A DNA stretch of 64,000 nt from Lama glama (Eukaryota): contig CM052816.1 in NCBI GenBank assembly GCA_028534125.1, positions 18,726,001-18,790,000 of the forward strand, given 5' to 3'. This document shows, piece by piece, positions 40,076 through 53,551 of this stretch (positions within the stretch are counted from its first letter, which is position 1; the number at the start of each line of letters is the position of its first letter). A program made the translations under genes and the position numbers. The notes below the pieces were generated by a model. It searched no databases. It saw only the letters and a program-made list of their open reading frames with translations, and had not been told where the DNA came from.

Positions 40076-41184
40076 TGGGGGGACATGTAAAGAGATAACC
40101 CAGAAACTTTTCAGGTACTTGCAGGTTATTTAGCTTTTCTACATCTCCCTTTTAGTATGTGTAGTGGGAATAATGTTAGCACATACCTCACAGTTTCATT
40201 TGAAGAATGAAATGAGACAATAAACCTAAAGTACCAGCAGAGCCTGGCACTTACAGGATGCTCTAAAGGGGCTGCCATCACTATTGATTTTTTTTTTAAG
40301 AGAGCCTCTTTGAAAAGGTGATGGATACTCTGGATCTTTTCACACACAAAAAATGCCCATACACATGCATAGTCACAAGGCCTGAACAATTTTGGAGGCA
40401 AGCAAGGCTGCCCTGAGGCCATGTTGCAGAAAGCAGTGACAGTGAGATTGAAACAGGAGCCATCCTTCTGAGACAAATTCCATGTCATGCTGATGAGGAA
40501 GGAAGTGCTTCTGCTAGCAGGAGTGATTTAATCAGGTAAGGCAGGTAAGGGGTCCTGGAATATTAGATATTTACAGGGGCAGAGGAACCAGCTATTCCAG
40601 AACAAATGTTCCCTTGGTCTAGAACCTTCAGACCCCTCTCAGTCCCTCGTCCCACAGAACTGGGCAGAGACAGAAAGATGACAGGCAGCGAGCAGCTGGA
40701 ACATTCACTCTTCAGGGGAAGGAAAGAGCTCTGGTCCTCAGGCTCTGGCTACATCCTTCACTACAGGCATCACTCAGCCCAGGGCAGCAGTCCCCAGATG
40801 CAGCCTTGGGCCAGTATCTCCCTGCACCATCATTAGCCCAATCATCTAAAAGCAGGGGATGCAAAGACAAGAAACAGGATTATCAGGTCAGGGGTTTTCT
40901 GACCTTGGGACCTTACAGACCAGTAAAATTTCAAACTGTGAAGGATGTAATGCTGAAATTTTATTATGCCAGGTCACTAAGGAAGAAAATAGCAGTAGAC
41001 GAGTACAGAGGTTAACACGGCCCTAGTACCAGACTGTATGGGCTGGAATCCCATTCATGCTAGATGCATGGCCTTGGGCAAGTCACTGAATTTCTCTGTG
41101 TATCCATTTCCTCATCTGTAAAATGGAGATGTAATAATGGTAGCTACCTTGTTGGAGCTATAAAGAAATGTGCATAAACACACA

Positions 41185-41460
41185 TGAGCCCAGATATCGT
41201 ATGATTCCATTTATATAAACTGTCCATAAAAGGCTAATTTATAGAGCCAGAAAGTAGATTAGTAGTTGCCCAGAGGGAGAGGACACGGTTTAACTGCAAA
41301 TGGGCACGAGGGATCTTATTGGGGGATAAAATATTCTAAAATTAATTTATGCTAATGGTTGCACCACTTGCTGAAATTGTTAAAAATCATGAAATTGTAT
41401 ATTTGAAATACGTGTATTTTATGATATCCTGATAAAATAACCTCAATAAAATTGTTCTAA
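41185..41460 (+). mobile_element. Old L1 3' end
   Basis: atgattccatttatata...gaaagtagattagtagttgcc...cctcaataaaatt. Confidence 0.8.
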
Positions 41461-41571
41461 ATATATATATGGAGAGAGAGAGAGCACACTTAAACAGCAT
41501 CTGGTACCTACCAAGTATTCACTATTATTACACTTATCTTCATGGAAGCAAAAATAAAAACAAACCAACAA

Positions 41572-42112
41572 GCCTATTTTGTCTGATATAAGTATTGCTA
41601 CTCCCACTTTCTTGTCATTTCCGTTTGAATGAAATATCTTTTTCCATCCTCTCACTTTCAATCTATGTATGTTCTTCACTCTAAAGTGAGTCTCTCGTAG
41701 GCAGCTTATTGTAGGCAGCATATTGTAGGCAGCATATTGTAGGCTTTTGTTTTATTATCCAATCTGCCACTCTCTGTCTTTTGATTGGAGCATTTAGTCC
41801 ATTGACATTTATAGTAATTATTGATAGATGTGTGTTTATTGTCGTTTTGAACTTTGTTTTCCAATTGATTTGGAATTTCTTCTTTGTTCCTTTCTTTTTC
41901 TTTTTCTTTTTTTTCTTTTTGTGGTTTGATAATTTTCTTTTGTATTAACCAGGTTTCTTTTTGGTTTTTGTGACTCTATTGTATGCAAAAGGTTTGTGAT
42001 TACCCTGTTTTTCAAGTATGTTAACCCATTACTATATCTGTTTGCTTTAGACTGGTAGTCATGTAGGCTCAGACACATCTTAAAAAGAACAAAGAAAAAC
42101 CCACAAAAACTG
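41572..42112 (-). mobile_element. Isolated L1 fragment covering the inter-ORF region and ORF2 endonuclease start
   Basis: PTISCLRETHFRVKNIHRLKVRGWKKIFHSNGNDKKVGVAILISDKI; flanked by the direct repeat aaacaaaccaacaa. Confidence 0.9.
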
Positions 42113-43149
42113 AAACAAACCAACAAAACCATGTTAACATCAACAACGTAAGGACAATCTCAAAATACAGAACCATCTACTCCTTGCTGTGTGAGTTGGG
42201 GAGGGTCTCTGTGTCAGAGGCTGAGCTACTCTGACAGCCTTACCCTCCAGAACATTCCTCAAACCAAGCCCCTGGCAGCCCTACTGAAGTTGGTCTGACT
42301 ATTTAAGTAGCAGGTGAGGAAAGGTTCTCCCTTCAAACTAAAAGGTTGTCCAAAGAGGGCCTGGCCCGGTGGGCCTCTGGGTGCAGCCCCATGGCTGGCA
42401 AAGTTAGGAGAGACAGGTCTCAGCCCTACCCAAGGGAGCCAGTGCGACAGAACTGACCCCAGTGAAGGGAATCCTATCTGCTCAGGATGGTGAGCCACCT
42501 GTAGAGGACAGACATGGACTCCAACTAGGTAGGAAGGGGCCAGCAGAAGAGGAAGGACCTGAGACCCTAGCTGTCTGGTTGCTCTTTTTGTTTTTTTCCT
42601 TTCTTACAACCTCCCTGGTCTCCTTCATACCTAGAACCTGGGGTGGGACACAAACACATTAGCCATAGCCTCTGCCTCAGCACCTCAGTATTTTGTCTTT
42701 GGGAGGGGGCTGCTTTCACCAACATCCCTTTTCTGATGAACCCCTTAGATGGGACCAAAGGAAAGGTTACATTTTACAAGCAAAGTCTCTCACGCCGCCC
42801 CCTCCCCTCATCCCACAATAGCTGAGCAAAGAGGAGGGATAGACCCATTGGAAAGAGAAGACTGGAAAAGCAAGGAAATGAATGTGACTCTTGCCCATGC
42901 AAACTCAATCCAAGCCCAATAGAGACTGACACCAAGAGCGGTAGGAAGGTGCCAGGGGGCCCAATTGTGCCTGGAGAAGAGGCCTGACAGCTGACAGCAG
43001 CTAAAAATGTGAGGGGTTCCTCTTATCTGCAGGTGGGCACCTGCAGTCGGTGCTGGGCCCCCAGCTGTGGGCTCCGCTCCCCTCAGCCAGGATGCCCCTA
43101 GAGCCAAGCTCTGCATTCTGTGCTGCTAAGCACATGCTCTCACACCCGA

Positions 43150-43830
43150 GTTGCTGCAAGCAGAGCCGGTTTCCCCAACTCGGATGCGCACCAGGTTGCT
43201 GAAGGGTGTGTCCGCGCCAGGACGCTCCATTGGCTATCGGCTTTGACGCGGTTTAATCATTACCGGATCAAGACTCGCGGATCCAAACTTTTAGGCAAAT
43301 CACAAGCTCATGATGGAGCGGCAAGACCAGCCCCGTGGCTGGCGGCGCGCATTCGGGGCGCGTGTGGGCAGCACTGGGGAGCGGAGCTCACTGACCCAGA
43401 ACGGAGTGTCAGCGTGGCCCACGCAGCGCCTGGTCGGCTGTCTCTCTTCCTCTAGGGCCTGGGCTGTCCCGTCAGCACACTCACCTCCAGGGGTCCCTCC
43501 CGTCCGGGGGTGCGCTCACCTCCGATCCAACCCGCCACAAAGTCTTCCAGCTGGAAGTTGCCCATGGCCCGGGCCGCGGCGCCTCGCGCTCCTGGAGCCG
43601 GGTTGGTGCCCATTCAGAGTCTGCAGGGCATGACCAGCGGGCGAGCGCACCGGACAGGCTAAGTCGGGGACGCAGAGCCCCGCGCAGGTCCTCCTCCACT
43701 GCACACCCGCCTCCAAATCGCCTGTAGCACCGGCAGCCAGGCTCCTGCTTACAACAATGCCCGCGGGCTGTTGACATCACGCCCCCAGTGGACCTTAAAG
43801 GCACAGCGCACGGTCCGGGCGAGGGAGTGT
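43150..43830. promoter_or_regulatory. CpG island / SLC25A48 promoter
   Basis: Dense CpG and high GC spanning exon 1, its upstream region and the start of intron 1. Confidence 0.85.
43520..43565 (-). CDS. SLC25A48: SLC25A48 exon 1 (coding part), mitochondrial carrier family
   Basis: gccATGG start; encodes MGNFQLEDFVAGWIG(G); donor G|GTGAG; lies in a CpG island; matches the SLC25A48 N-terminus as I recall it. Confidence 0.96.
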
Positions 43831-46800
43831 CTGCCTGCTGTTGTTCACATCTCCTCACATCTTGGAGACACTGGAAATGATCTCAGGGGCATTTTTGCAA
43901 AGTTCATGAAAAGAGGTAACACAGGAGGCTTTATCCGAGCTCAGGAATTATTTGATTACAAACACCAAGGCCTATCGTGACAGAATTGCTTAGCTGGTAT
44001 GACATATCCTCTTTTAAGCTAAAACAGACCTGAAATCATTGTAACTGAATGTCCAGCTAGCAGATAAACCACAAGTTCTTAATTTCTTTAGGAGCTGATT
44101 GAAAGCCATGGACAGCTTTGCTATAAAATACGCAGGACACACAATTTTTCATAATAGTTTTAGAGATCGGGGCTCTTCCCCTACCCCACCCTCCAAACCT
44201 CTCTCTAGCCCCCAGGTTTCAGAAGCTTATCTATTCCTGAATCACTGAAAGAATGTGTGGAAAACATCTAGCCGAGGGGTAGGCTCCAAGTCAGCTCTAA
44301 ACGAACACGAGCTTTTAACAATGTCCAACGTTTCTTGAGCTCTGAAATCCTGCCCCACTCACTCACCATACATGGGCTTACTCCTCACAACAGCCCTGTG
44401 AGATAGCTGTTACTATTATTCCCATTCCTAGATGAGAAAAATGATTGTATATCCACATAGATTTTCATCACATAGATTTTAATTTTCTAGAAAACTGGCC
44501 CAAAAATTAGGAGATGAAAGTTGTCACACCTCAGTTATAGGTTTAGCTGTGCGAGGACAGATTTGAGCTTATTCCCAAAGACCTGGCTGCCCCAGTAGAG
44601 AGCCCAGGGGAGACCCCACCCAGAATTGAAGGTCCCACAGTACCCCCTACTGACAGCACACATATCCCTGCTGAAGGCAGCCTGGCCAGGTGAAAATTTC
44701 CAGAGCCCTGAAAACTCTCAGCTTGCCCCTGGCCAGGGGTGAAGCTAGACTGGAAATTTCCTGAGAGCTGCCTGGGCATGAGGTCTGGGTGGCCAGGTAG
44801 CACATTGTGCCTCTGGAATTGCCTGCCTTGTAGCTCCCAGAAGCCACTGATGCCTCACCCATAGCACCCCATGGCCCTCTGGGACAGCCCCCAGCCCCTG
44901 CCGGCAAGCAGGCCCAAAACCCAGCTCAGCCACCTTGGCTGAGACACCACCACTTCCTAACGCACATCCCTCTGTCTTTACCCGCTCACTCCAGACAAGC
45001 ACATGGATGCCAGAGCTGCCTCGCCCTGAGGGTATTTTGAAGCCAGAGTCTGTGCTGAGTGCTTTGCACGCAGTCTCACTTCCTCCTCACAGCAGCATGA
45101 GCAGGCACTGTGTCACCCCAGTGGGTACTCACGTCTCCCTGGGACTGTGCTGATCCCCATCTTCCCCATCCCTCCCCCAGGCAGTGATGCTAACTGCTAC
45201 CCCAGCCATGTCCCCCTCAGTGCCCTGGGCCCAGAGCAAGCCAGACCTGGAGGGCCAGGGTCATGTCTAACTCTACAGGGGCCCAGCTCCCTCCAGGCTC
45301 AGGCTCAGCCTACACTGTCCAGCCTGGGCTGCCCTGGGAGGCAGAGGGGTGGTCGTCTTCCCCTCAAACTCCCCCTCTTTAGGCAGGCCCTGCACCAGCC
45401 AGGCCCCAGCTGGAGGTCCATGCTCACTGGGGGATGTGGCCTGGCCTTTTGGTCTAGTGAGATCTCCCCGGCCTCCATCCAAGAAGGAAGAGGATTGCTG
45501 TCCCCCAGTGTCCTGCTAGTTTCCAGCAGGAAGCCGGCCTCAGCACTCGGGATGGCAGGAAATGGTGAGGGGTAACGTCCAGAGGAAGGGGCTTCTGTTG
45601 GGCCCCCTCTGCTCCCGCTGGCACATCTGTGTCACATCATTCAGGTCATCCTGCTGTGGCAGCTGCCCAGGGCTCCTTCTTTCACAGAAAGACAGAGCTG
45701 ACCACTGAAGCCTGATCCTAAAAAGGGCTGAGAGGAGTGGGGACTACCAGCAGCCTGGCCCCCCAGGCTGTGCCATGCCGTGCCTGGGACATGTGCCAGG
45801 ACAGTTACAAGAAATGGAAGGTCTCCAGAGACTGGCCATTTTGTGGACTCACCTTGGAGCCTGTCCACAGGTGGAGAGCAAGCCAGCTCCCCGAGGCCCC
45901 CTTTTGTGGGACCACCCAGTGGGTGCCGGGCAGATGCTCACTCCCTCAGTCCCGTGTCAACACCAATTAGCAAGGCCCTGAGTTGGCAGGCAGACACCCT
46001 GGAGCCCCGGCACAGGCTTCTAAGCCCAGAAAGCGGCTGCCTGAACTGCTAATGAGCTGCACCAGAGCAGAGGGTGTGGGCTCCTTTCCAGAAGGAAGCT
46101 CTGTGCTCCACTCCCAAATGTGGACCACAAATCTGCCCCTGAAGCATATCACCGAGGTAGGCAGTGGGAGTCCCTGGGTCTTCTGGCAGCCAAGGGCCCG
46201 GCCCAGAGGATACTAGACCACCGCACTGTGGGACCCATCAGAATGCTGCCTCTGGGGAGGGGATCTGGGCTGCTACTTGTTCCTGGCTTCCCTGCTTTGG
46301 AGCCGATTTGTAACGCTGACATGCACATTTGTATTCCATACTCTGGAGAGAGCAGGGAAAGCAACTGAGGTACAGAGAGATCAACTCCTTGGGTCACTAG
46401 GGCCAGAAAGAAACCCCATTTCCTTTCTTCCTCAGCTCCATCCTAAAAGGTCACCCCTAGAGCATCCTCCACCACAGTGGGGATATGCCACTGTCAGAGA
46501 GGAGACCGTTTGCCTGAGATGCCACATGGACGCAGCTGTGAGAGCCCTGGAGGGGTTCGTGTGCCAGGCAGCAGTCAGGGAAGGCTCCCAGGGCTGGAGC
46601 CTCCTGGCTACACACCTGAGTCTGTCTAGCCCCATGGCTTCACCTCCTCCACACTCTCTCAGCCAAGTGCAGGGTCCCTACCTGCACCCACCTGCTGAGC
46701 CTGAGCAGCAAAGGCCTGAGCCAGCTGCTCCTACCCCACACCCCATGGCAGAGACTCTGCCCTGCCCCCTGCTCTCTTCTCTCTTCTGGGTGGCTGCCCT

Positions 46801-49800
46801 CACCCGGCGGCATTTCTCCCTGTCTCTGCTGCTCTCTCGATCTGCGTTCTCATCTCCTATCTCCTTCTTCCATGTGGGGCTCCTCAGGGCCCTCATCTGG
46901 ACCCTCTCCCAGCCATGCCCATCATCTCTCAGCCCACAACCCCCACACCACGTCTCCAATCCATCTCTGCTCTATGCATCACCTCTACTTGGAGAGCCTC
47001 AGGCCATCTCTAACTCAGCACGGGCCTTGATGAACACTAACTTTGCAAAGTGTGCTTCCTTCAGTGTCCCCACCCAGCAAGCCACCCAAACCAGACCCTG
47101 GATGTCATCCTCTATACATCTCTTCCCCAAGGCCTCCTCCCATCAGCCACGAAGTCCTGAGGGTCTGTCTCCTCCATGGCCCTGACAAACAGCCCTCCAA
47201 ACAGTCTTCAGATGAGGCTCAGCCCACGCCTGCACCTCTGCCCCTGGGCCCCTCTGCCTTAGTCCCCTGTCCCTCCAGCTGCTGTCACAGTGAGCTTCTG
47301 AGATCTTGAATCTGCTCCAGCCTCCTCTGTTGAGTGGCCTCCCCATGGCCTTGATCATAATTCTACGTCCCCAGCTTGGCCTGTGAGTGTCTGTGGGCCT
47401 GGGTCTGGCTGCCTTTCCACTTCTTTCCTCCTACTACCCCAGCCCTCCCCTCAGGCTGGAGCCCCAACAGGGTGGTGTGTCCTCCACACCCCACACGCTT
47501 TCCACTGTGTGACTGCCCACGTGTTCCCTTGTGGGGAACACCCCCTCCCCCACTTCTCCTCTAGCTGACCCCTGCACCAGCCTCAGGCTGTAGGAGCTCT
47601 GGGGTCCCTTCCTTGACTCTGATGAGTAATTTTCCAAGGCTATTAGAGTTTCTCATTTGGGGCGGGATTCCTTCCTTTACTGACAGTTCTTTGAGAAAGT
47701 CTATTCAGAGCTTGTTCTGACTGTATTTGGGTCATTGCCTATTCAATTTGACCTTCCAAGTCAAGAAACAGAGGCAAATGGCTGTGAAGTGAGGAGGCAA
47801 AGCAGCCTCGGGGAGACGGGGCTGCCTGGGCTCTGCTTCTGGTGCTGCTGCTAACTGGGCACTTTGGGCAAGTCCATGTCTCAATCCCTCCTACACCCTG
47901 CCTTCTGTAGAGTAGGAGTGAGTCCCCTCTTAGGCAATGTCCAGAGAAGTCTGAAATTCTAGGCCAGGGAGACAGATGCTGTGGGTGTCTTGTTGAGATA
48001 CGCCAGGAGAGGGCGCTGCAGCACAGCACTTCGAGCTCTCAGGAGGAAAGAGCAGCCTGGCTGCCCCAGTGCGAGGTTCCTGGCCCAGGTTCCTGGCCCT
48101 GGGCTAGCAGAGTCAGAGCCAGCACACACTTGGGGAATGAAAGAGATGCTGACACGAGAGGCTCCGAAGGAGTCTGAGGGGCTTGATGAGGACCCGTTTG
48201 AGGCGTCTTCAGAGCTGGGTATTTGGAGGGAGAGCACCCCAGTAAGGGGAGGTAACACCACATCTTTTCACCTGCTTTGTTTCATCAAGGTCTCACATGT
48301 ACCAGATTCTTTTTCACTTCAGGGCTCCAGGCTCACCCAGTGCTATATGCTCTACCTACACCATCACATCGAATTCTGTAAGGCAATTCCCCATTTTCCC
48401 TGAGAGGAGAATGAAGCTCAGGTTGGGTGAGCAATTTCTCCAAAACCACACAGCCTGTGAGTGAAGGATTATGGATTCACACCTGCCGTTTGACCCCAGG
48501 ACCCAGCTCTTAACAAGGTGATACCTCCTGGCCAAGCCTCAGAATTGGAGGTGACTTTCCCCAAAGCCAAGGCCCTACCCCTGCCCTGGCCCCACTGCAT
48601 GGGTATCCTAAGTTCCCTGACTCAGTTTCTCCACCAGCAGTGAGATGGTATTAACATTTGCAACTATGCTCACATTCTTAGGGCCGCAGAGGCCTCAGTC
48701 ATCAAGGGGAGGAGCCCAGGCTGCCTGCTGTCCTTTCCTCCCTGTCTAGGTCCTGTGGGCCGAGTTGGTTTTGTGCATGGCTGAGAACAAGGAAAGCCTG
48801 GCCTTTTCTTCACAGCTGATGGACACAAGTGGGCTCATGCTGAGGACAAGCAGAGGCCAGGCAGGGCCCAGGAAACCTGGGTGGGGAGATCTGGGGTTGC
48901 GGGGTTTCTGTAGGAGAAGAGAGGCGTGGGGTGTGGGCAATGGGGGTGGGGAGGATTGTTGAGGTCACATCCAGAAGCCCCTTCTGAGCACCTGCTGTGT
49001 GCTGAACTGCCTGGCGTGTGGAGAGCTGGTGATGCAGACAGTGAGAGAGGAGTTTGTGTTGGAATGGTTGGCCCAGCCCCACCCCGTTGGCAGGTCTCCA
49101 CCACCAGGCAGCATCAGACTTCAGCTGTAGGGCCCCAGGAGGAGACCAGGAAACCTCATACCATGCCTGAGCTGAAAAGAAGAGAGGCCAGACTGAAGTT
49201 TCAGGAAGGAGCTGTTCCTAAAAAGACAGCTGGATTTTGTCCTGCAGAGGGCAGAACTGAGTGATGCCAGTGGGGAGACAGCAAGGGAGCCTGAAGAGCT
49301 TCACCTGCTGTGGGAGAGAAGGCTGGAGGCTTGGAGTCTGATCCCGAGCACCCTGGCCAGCAAGGTGACTCTGGACGGTGGCATCTGCTGGTTATTGGTG
49401 GTCCCCAGTCCTCCTGCTGCTGCCTATGAGTAGACAGAGGATCTGTCCCCAGGCTGGCTGCATCTCACCTGGCACACCTCCCTGAGGTGGGCTGGGGCTC
49501 CCTGCACAGCTGCCTCGCTCTCTGTGGGGACCTGGTGGGCTTGCCCAGGGAGGCTGAAGTCTGTGCTGGTCCAGCCTCTCAGAAGGGCTGTGGTGTCCCT
49601 CCCCACACCCGCCTGAGAACCAGCCATCCACCCTTACCCAAGGACACACATACTTGTCGGTCTCTGAGGGAGGTTGGGGAGCAGCTCTGAGGACCTGGGC
49701 GCAGGGGGCGGGCAGTAGAACCATCAATAAGTTCCATCCCCAGGGACACCGCCGGTCTTCCCCCTTGCTGCGTCTTCTTTCCGCAGCTCACTTTCTCCAC

Positions 49801-51744
49801 CTACTAAAAGAAAGGCCAGACTTAAGACCTGTGACAAAACCCTCAGTTCTGAACCCACCCACACCCGCTGCTCTCTGCTCCAGGGTCAATGTGGACATGG
49901 CAGAGAGGGAACTTCCTGTTTTTAAGAGGGGAGGTTTAAAGGACTCCAAGGACATCCCATTTTTGATGCAAGTACAAAAGAAAACACTTAAAAGAACAAA
50001 ATCCCCAAACCATATGGATTAGATTTTCTCCAAAACAGACAGAGATTTCCAAAGTGACAGAAGCTGTGCCCAGGGAGGAGGCTGAGAGGAACCAGCCTTA
50101 AATGAGGTACAAGTCCACTTGGGGTGGGCAGAAGGGAAGTTGCCCACTGTCCTACACCTTCCATGGCTCATGGTTCTGCTGCAGCCGCGTCTCCCAGCAA
50201 AGCAGTAGAGCCGGGGCTCTGCTCCTGCCTGTCCCTTCATCCAGTCCCGTCTCCACTGCAGGAACGCTGCCCCAGGCAGCCCCACCTTCTCCCTTCTGCA
50301 TACAGTCTCACACCTTCCATCCAGGCTACTCATAATGACCAAGGCAACTTCCATCCCCCTTCCTCCACTCCTCCCCTAACTTTAGGCCCCATAAAACCAG
50401 AATGTACCCCCTTTTCTGCCTTTACTGATGCCTCATCCGTCCCAACAATTAACGCTTGGGTACGCATCATGAACTAGGCATAATGTTGGGTGCTGGGGAT
50501 ACGACCCTTTTATATTAGCACATCCCTCCCAAGCAGAGTGTTAATGCTGCCTCCCTCTGACTCTCCCAGCCCCACATCCAAGGCCAGCTTTGGTGAATGA
50601 ACTCTCTCTCCTCCAAATCACCAGAATTTGGCACTATATGTTGTAAGCCCACCCTTTACCCAGGATCTCTCCTGCCCTGGATCCTTCCTGCATACCACTC
50701 CCCTCTAGAGAGTTCTCAGTCTTGAAAAGCTCAAGGGTCCCTTCAGCCCCACAAGCCAGTGAGGTTCCTCCAGCTCCCTTGGGAGCTGCTGGCACTTGTC
50801 TGCAGGGCTCCCAGCCCTGTTTACGCTCTAGAGGACCCCCCACACACACACACAGGAAGAGGGAGCTGTACCTTGAACCCAGCTTGGAGTCCTTGAGATG
50901 TGAGTGGTCCTGGCTTCTAACACACACCCAGACACCTCCCAACTGTTTCTTTGAGGGCAATGAGGGCCCCAGTATGCCAGCCAACACAGACCCAGCCCAG
51001 ATTCAGCCCTGATGTGAACACATGAGGGGCCAGGCCAATCCCCACATTCTAAGAATAAAGCCAAGAAGTCTTCCAGCAAGGGCACCTAGATTTCTTCCAT
51101 CACTCCCAAGTCCAAGTCCCCTAGCCCAAAGGGAAGTCATAGGAGGGCCTTGGAAATAAGTGGATTTTTTTTTTAGAAGATTCTTCAATGTACCTGAAGT
51201 ATGACTGATTTCTTTTCCTTCCTCAGGAAGCATGGGGAGCTAGTGAAAGCATTCTCCTGGGTGGAGGAATAGGAATCAGCCGTCAGGGTGTGCACATCAG
51301 AGGAGGGGGACAAGGAACCAGCACCACAGTTCTAGTCCGTGTATGACTGGGCACTAAGGATGGTTGCAAACAGGAGCCAACGTTCATGTGCTCAGTCTGG
51401 GGAGTCAGTGGGGTGGACGGGCACACATTGTCCTCATCCCATGTGCTTCAGCCTCGGGGCCCTCTGCCATGGCATGGAGTGATCCTGGAGTTAAGGGCTG
51501 GGCTGGGGCATCAGCAAACATGTTCACAGTGTCCAAGAGGGCAGGGTCTCGGCACATGTGCGCTGTGTCTCTGTCCCCTGTGTGCTGCTCCAAATGGCAG
51601 GAAGCCAGGGAAGGAAAGGCAGAGGGGCAGTGGGGAGAGGAGAGGTGGAGGCGAGCCAAGGGGAGCCTGGTGGGCAGCAGTGGGCTCTCCCCTTGCTGTG
51701 TGAATGCTCACCAAGGAGGGACACATGGAGAAGTGCTCAAGCAC

Positions 51745-51945
51745 CCAGGCCTTCAGGTCAGACCAAAGTGGCTGGGAATCCCAGCTCCTCTGTCTGTGAG
51801 CTGTGTGAGCACGGGGCACTCTACTTAACCTCTCTGAGCCTGTTTCTTCAACTGTAGAATAGCGATGACACCAGTGTCTGCCCCTAAGGATTAGGGAGAT
51901 GTCTCTAGAAAATGCCTAGTACATAGTAAATGCTCAATAAACAGA
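51745..51945 (+). mobile_element. MIR SINE
   Basis: acttaacctctctgagcctgtttcttcaactgtagaat...tagtaaatgctcaataaa. Confidence 0.75.
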
Positions 51946-52009
51946 AGCCACAGGTATTACTCCAAAGCATCAGATTAGTGCACCAGCTCAGACTCTTGTA
52001 GTGGAATGA

Positions 52010-52015
52010 TTTATT
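52010..52015 (-). terminator. Poly(A) signal AATAAA for the candidate gene
   Basis: tttatt on the + strand, about 515 nt downstream of the candidate stop. Confidence 0.5.
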
Positions 52016-52530
52016 TACAAGGCAGTCTCTGATCTCTGTACCTCACACTTAGGCAGGTGGAACCTGCTCCCTCCCCTTTGTGGAGACACTTTGGAGACAG
52101 ATGGTCTCCACTGGGCAGATTTTCCAGCTGGCAGAGCCTGGCAGGGGGCAGTTCCCAGGTGAACATGGGGTGCAGGTTGAGCTCTCCCCTCTGCTGAGGC
52201 AGATCCCGGGGTGGAGCTGTCCACTGGCAAGGTTCAGGGTCTTCTTTCTAGCCCAACAGGAGAGCCTGCTGGGGTTTGGGCTCCTCTCGCCAGCCCTGAA
52301 GGCTGTGGGCAGTGGGGCGGGGAAAATGAAGGCCTGAGGACTGCAGTCCCTGGCCAGCTCCAGGCCCAGGGCAAACAGAGCTCTGGGAACCTCACCCCCA
52401 GCTATCTTCATCCTTCGCTGATCAGCTGGTGCTAGGGGCTGTTCTCTGGTGGTTCCTGCCGCTGTCAGCTCCTGCTCCCTCATAGTGTGGCCGCACTGGG
52501 CCTGGGCAGCTTCTCTGTGGGCTCCTGGCC

Positions 52531-52761
52531 TCATGGTGGAGAGGCAGGAGGCCCAGGGCTTGTGTGCAGCCCCTCCTCAGGGGTTCTGTAGTAAGGCACA
52601 AATCCTGAAGCACAAAGGGCCTGGCTGCTGAAGGCAACGTCGCTGGAGAGCGGGGCATCCAGGCTGCTGTCTTGGGAGTTCCCTGCGGAGACCAGCTGGA
52701 TGGGGCAGCAGGTCGGGGAGTGAGGGGGCCCAGAGACGAGGTCTGAGCCTGCAAGACCAAC
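52531..52761 (-). CDS. Unidentified protein-coding gene candidate, last exon
   Basis: Branch point and tract gctgactgtcttgtctccttccgacccag|; phase 0; VGLAGSDLVSGPPHSPTCCPIQLVSAGNSQDSSLDAPLSSDVAFSSQALCASGFVPYYRTPEEGLHTSPGPPASPP*. Confidence 0.65.
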   Translation of the reverse strand, partial: VGLAGSDLVSGPPHSPTCCPIQLVSAGNSQDSSLDAPLSSDVAFSSQALCASGFVPYYRTPEEGLHTSPGPPASPP

Positions 52762-53004
52762 CTGGGTCGGAAGGAGACAAGACAGTCAGCCGGGTTCCCA
52801 GGTTCAGCCTGCCACCTAGGGTTGGCCTTTGCTTCCACTCCACAGTAGTGGTAGGGGAAGAAGGCAGGGCCAGGCCTGTTCTATAGATGGAAGCACCCAA
52901 GATGTCACTCACCATGCTCAGGGCTCCCAGCTGGAAGGCATGCACCTGAGATTAGAACCCACTTATCCTGCCTCTTCTGTGTTTGCAGTCATAGGCCATG
53001 GTGC

Positions 53005-53420
53005 TAGCTTCATGGTTATAGGGCATGAGCTTTGGGTCAAATCCCAGGTTTGCTCTTGCTAGGGGTGTCTTTGGCCAAGTCACTTAACTTCTCTGAGGCT
53101 CATTTTTCTCATCCAAAAAAATGGGAATAATAAGACCTATCTCATAGGACTACTATTAGGACAAATGAAAAGATGAATGTGAAATATTTGTCTGGGTACC
53201 TAGACTAAACAAGTGTTTCTGCAGGGGAACAGCAGGCTAAGCCTGGTGTAATAAACACATAATTGTACACAATTCTCACAATGGCTGTCTTTTATAAGGA
53301 AACTGAGGTTCATGAGGCTTAAACACATTGCCCAGGCCGCTCTCAGATCAAGTGGCCGAGCTGGGATTGAGTGAGGCAGCCCACCTCCAGTCTCCGCGCT
53401 CTTAACCAACGACACACTGC
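53005..53420. mobile_element. Two MIR SINEs in opposite orientations, in the last intron of the candidate gene
   Basis: caagtcacttaacttctctgaggctcatttttctcatc (+) and aaggaaactgaggttcatgaggcttaa (-). Confidence 0.75.
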
Positions 53421-53551
53421 TTCAGGAGCCCCAGATGACCTCAGGGGACCTGGCCAAGCCTATGGGGGTCTGGGGCCTTGGGACAGAAGTCTGAAGGATG
53501 CCAGGGCACCTAGTGCTGCTCCCTGCACCCTCCTGTGCCTCCCCGACTCAC

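Noticed and set aside
46277..47185. 302-aa plus-strand ORF
   Set aside because: Non-ATG start, pyrimidine-rich low-complexity L/S/P composition, no splice or motif support
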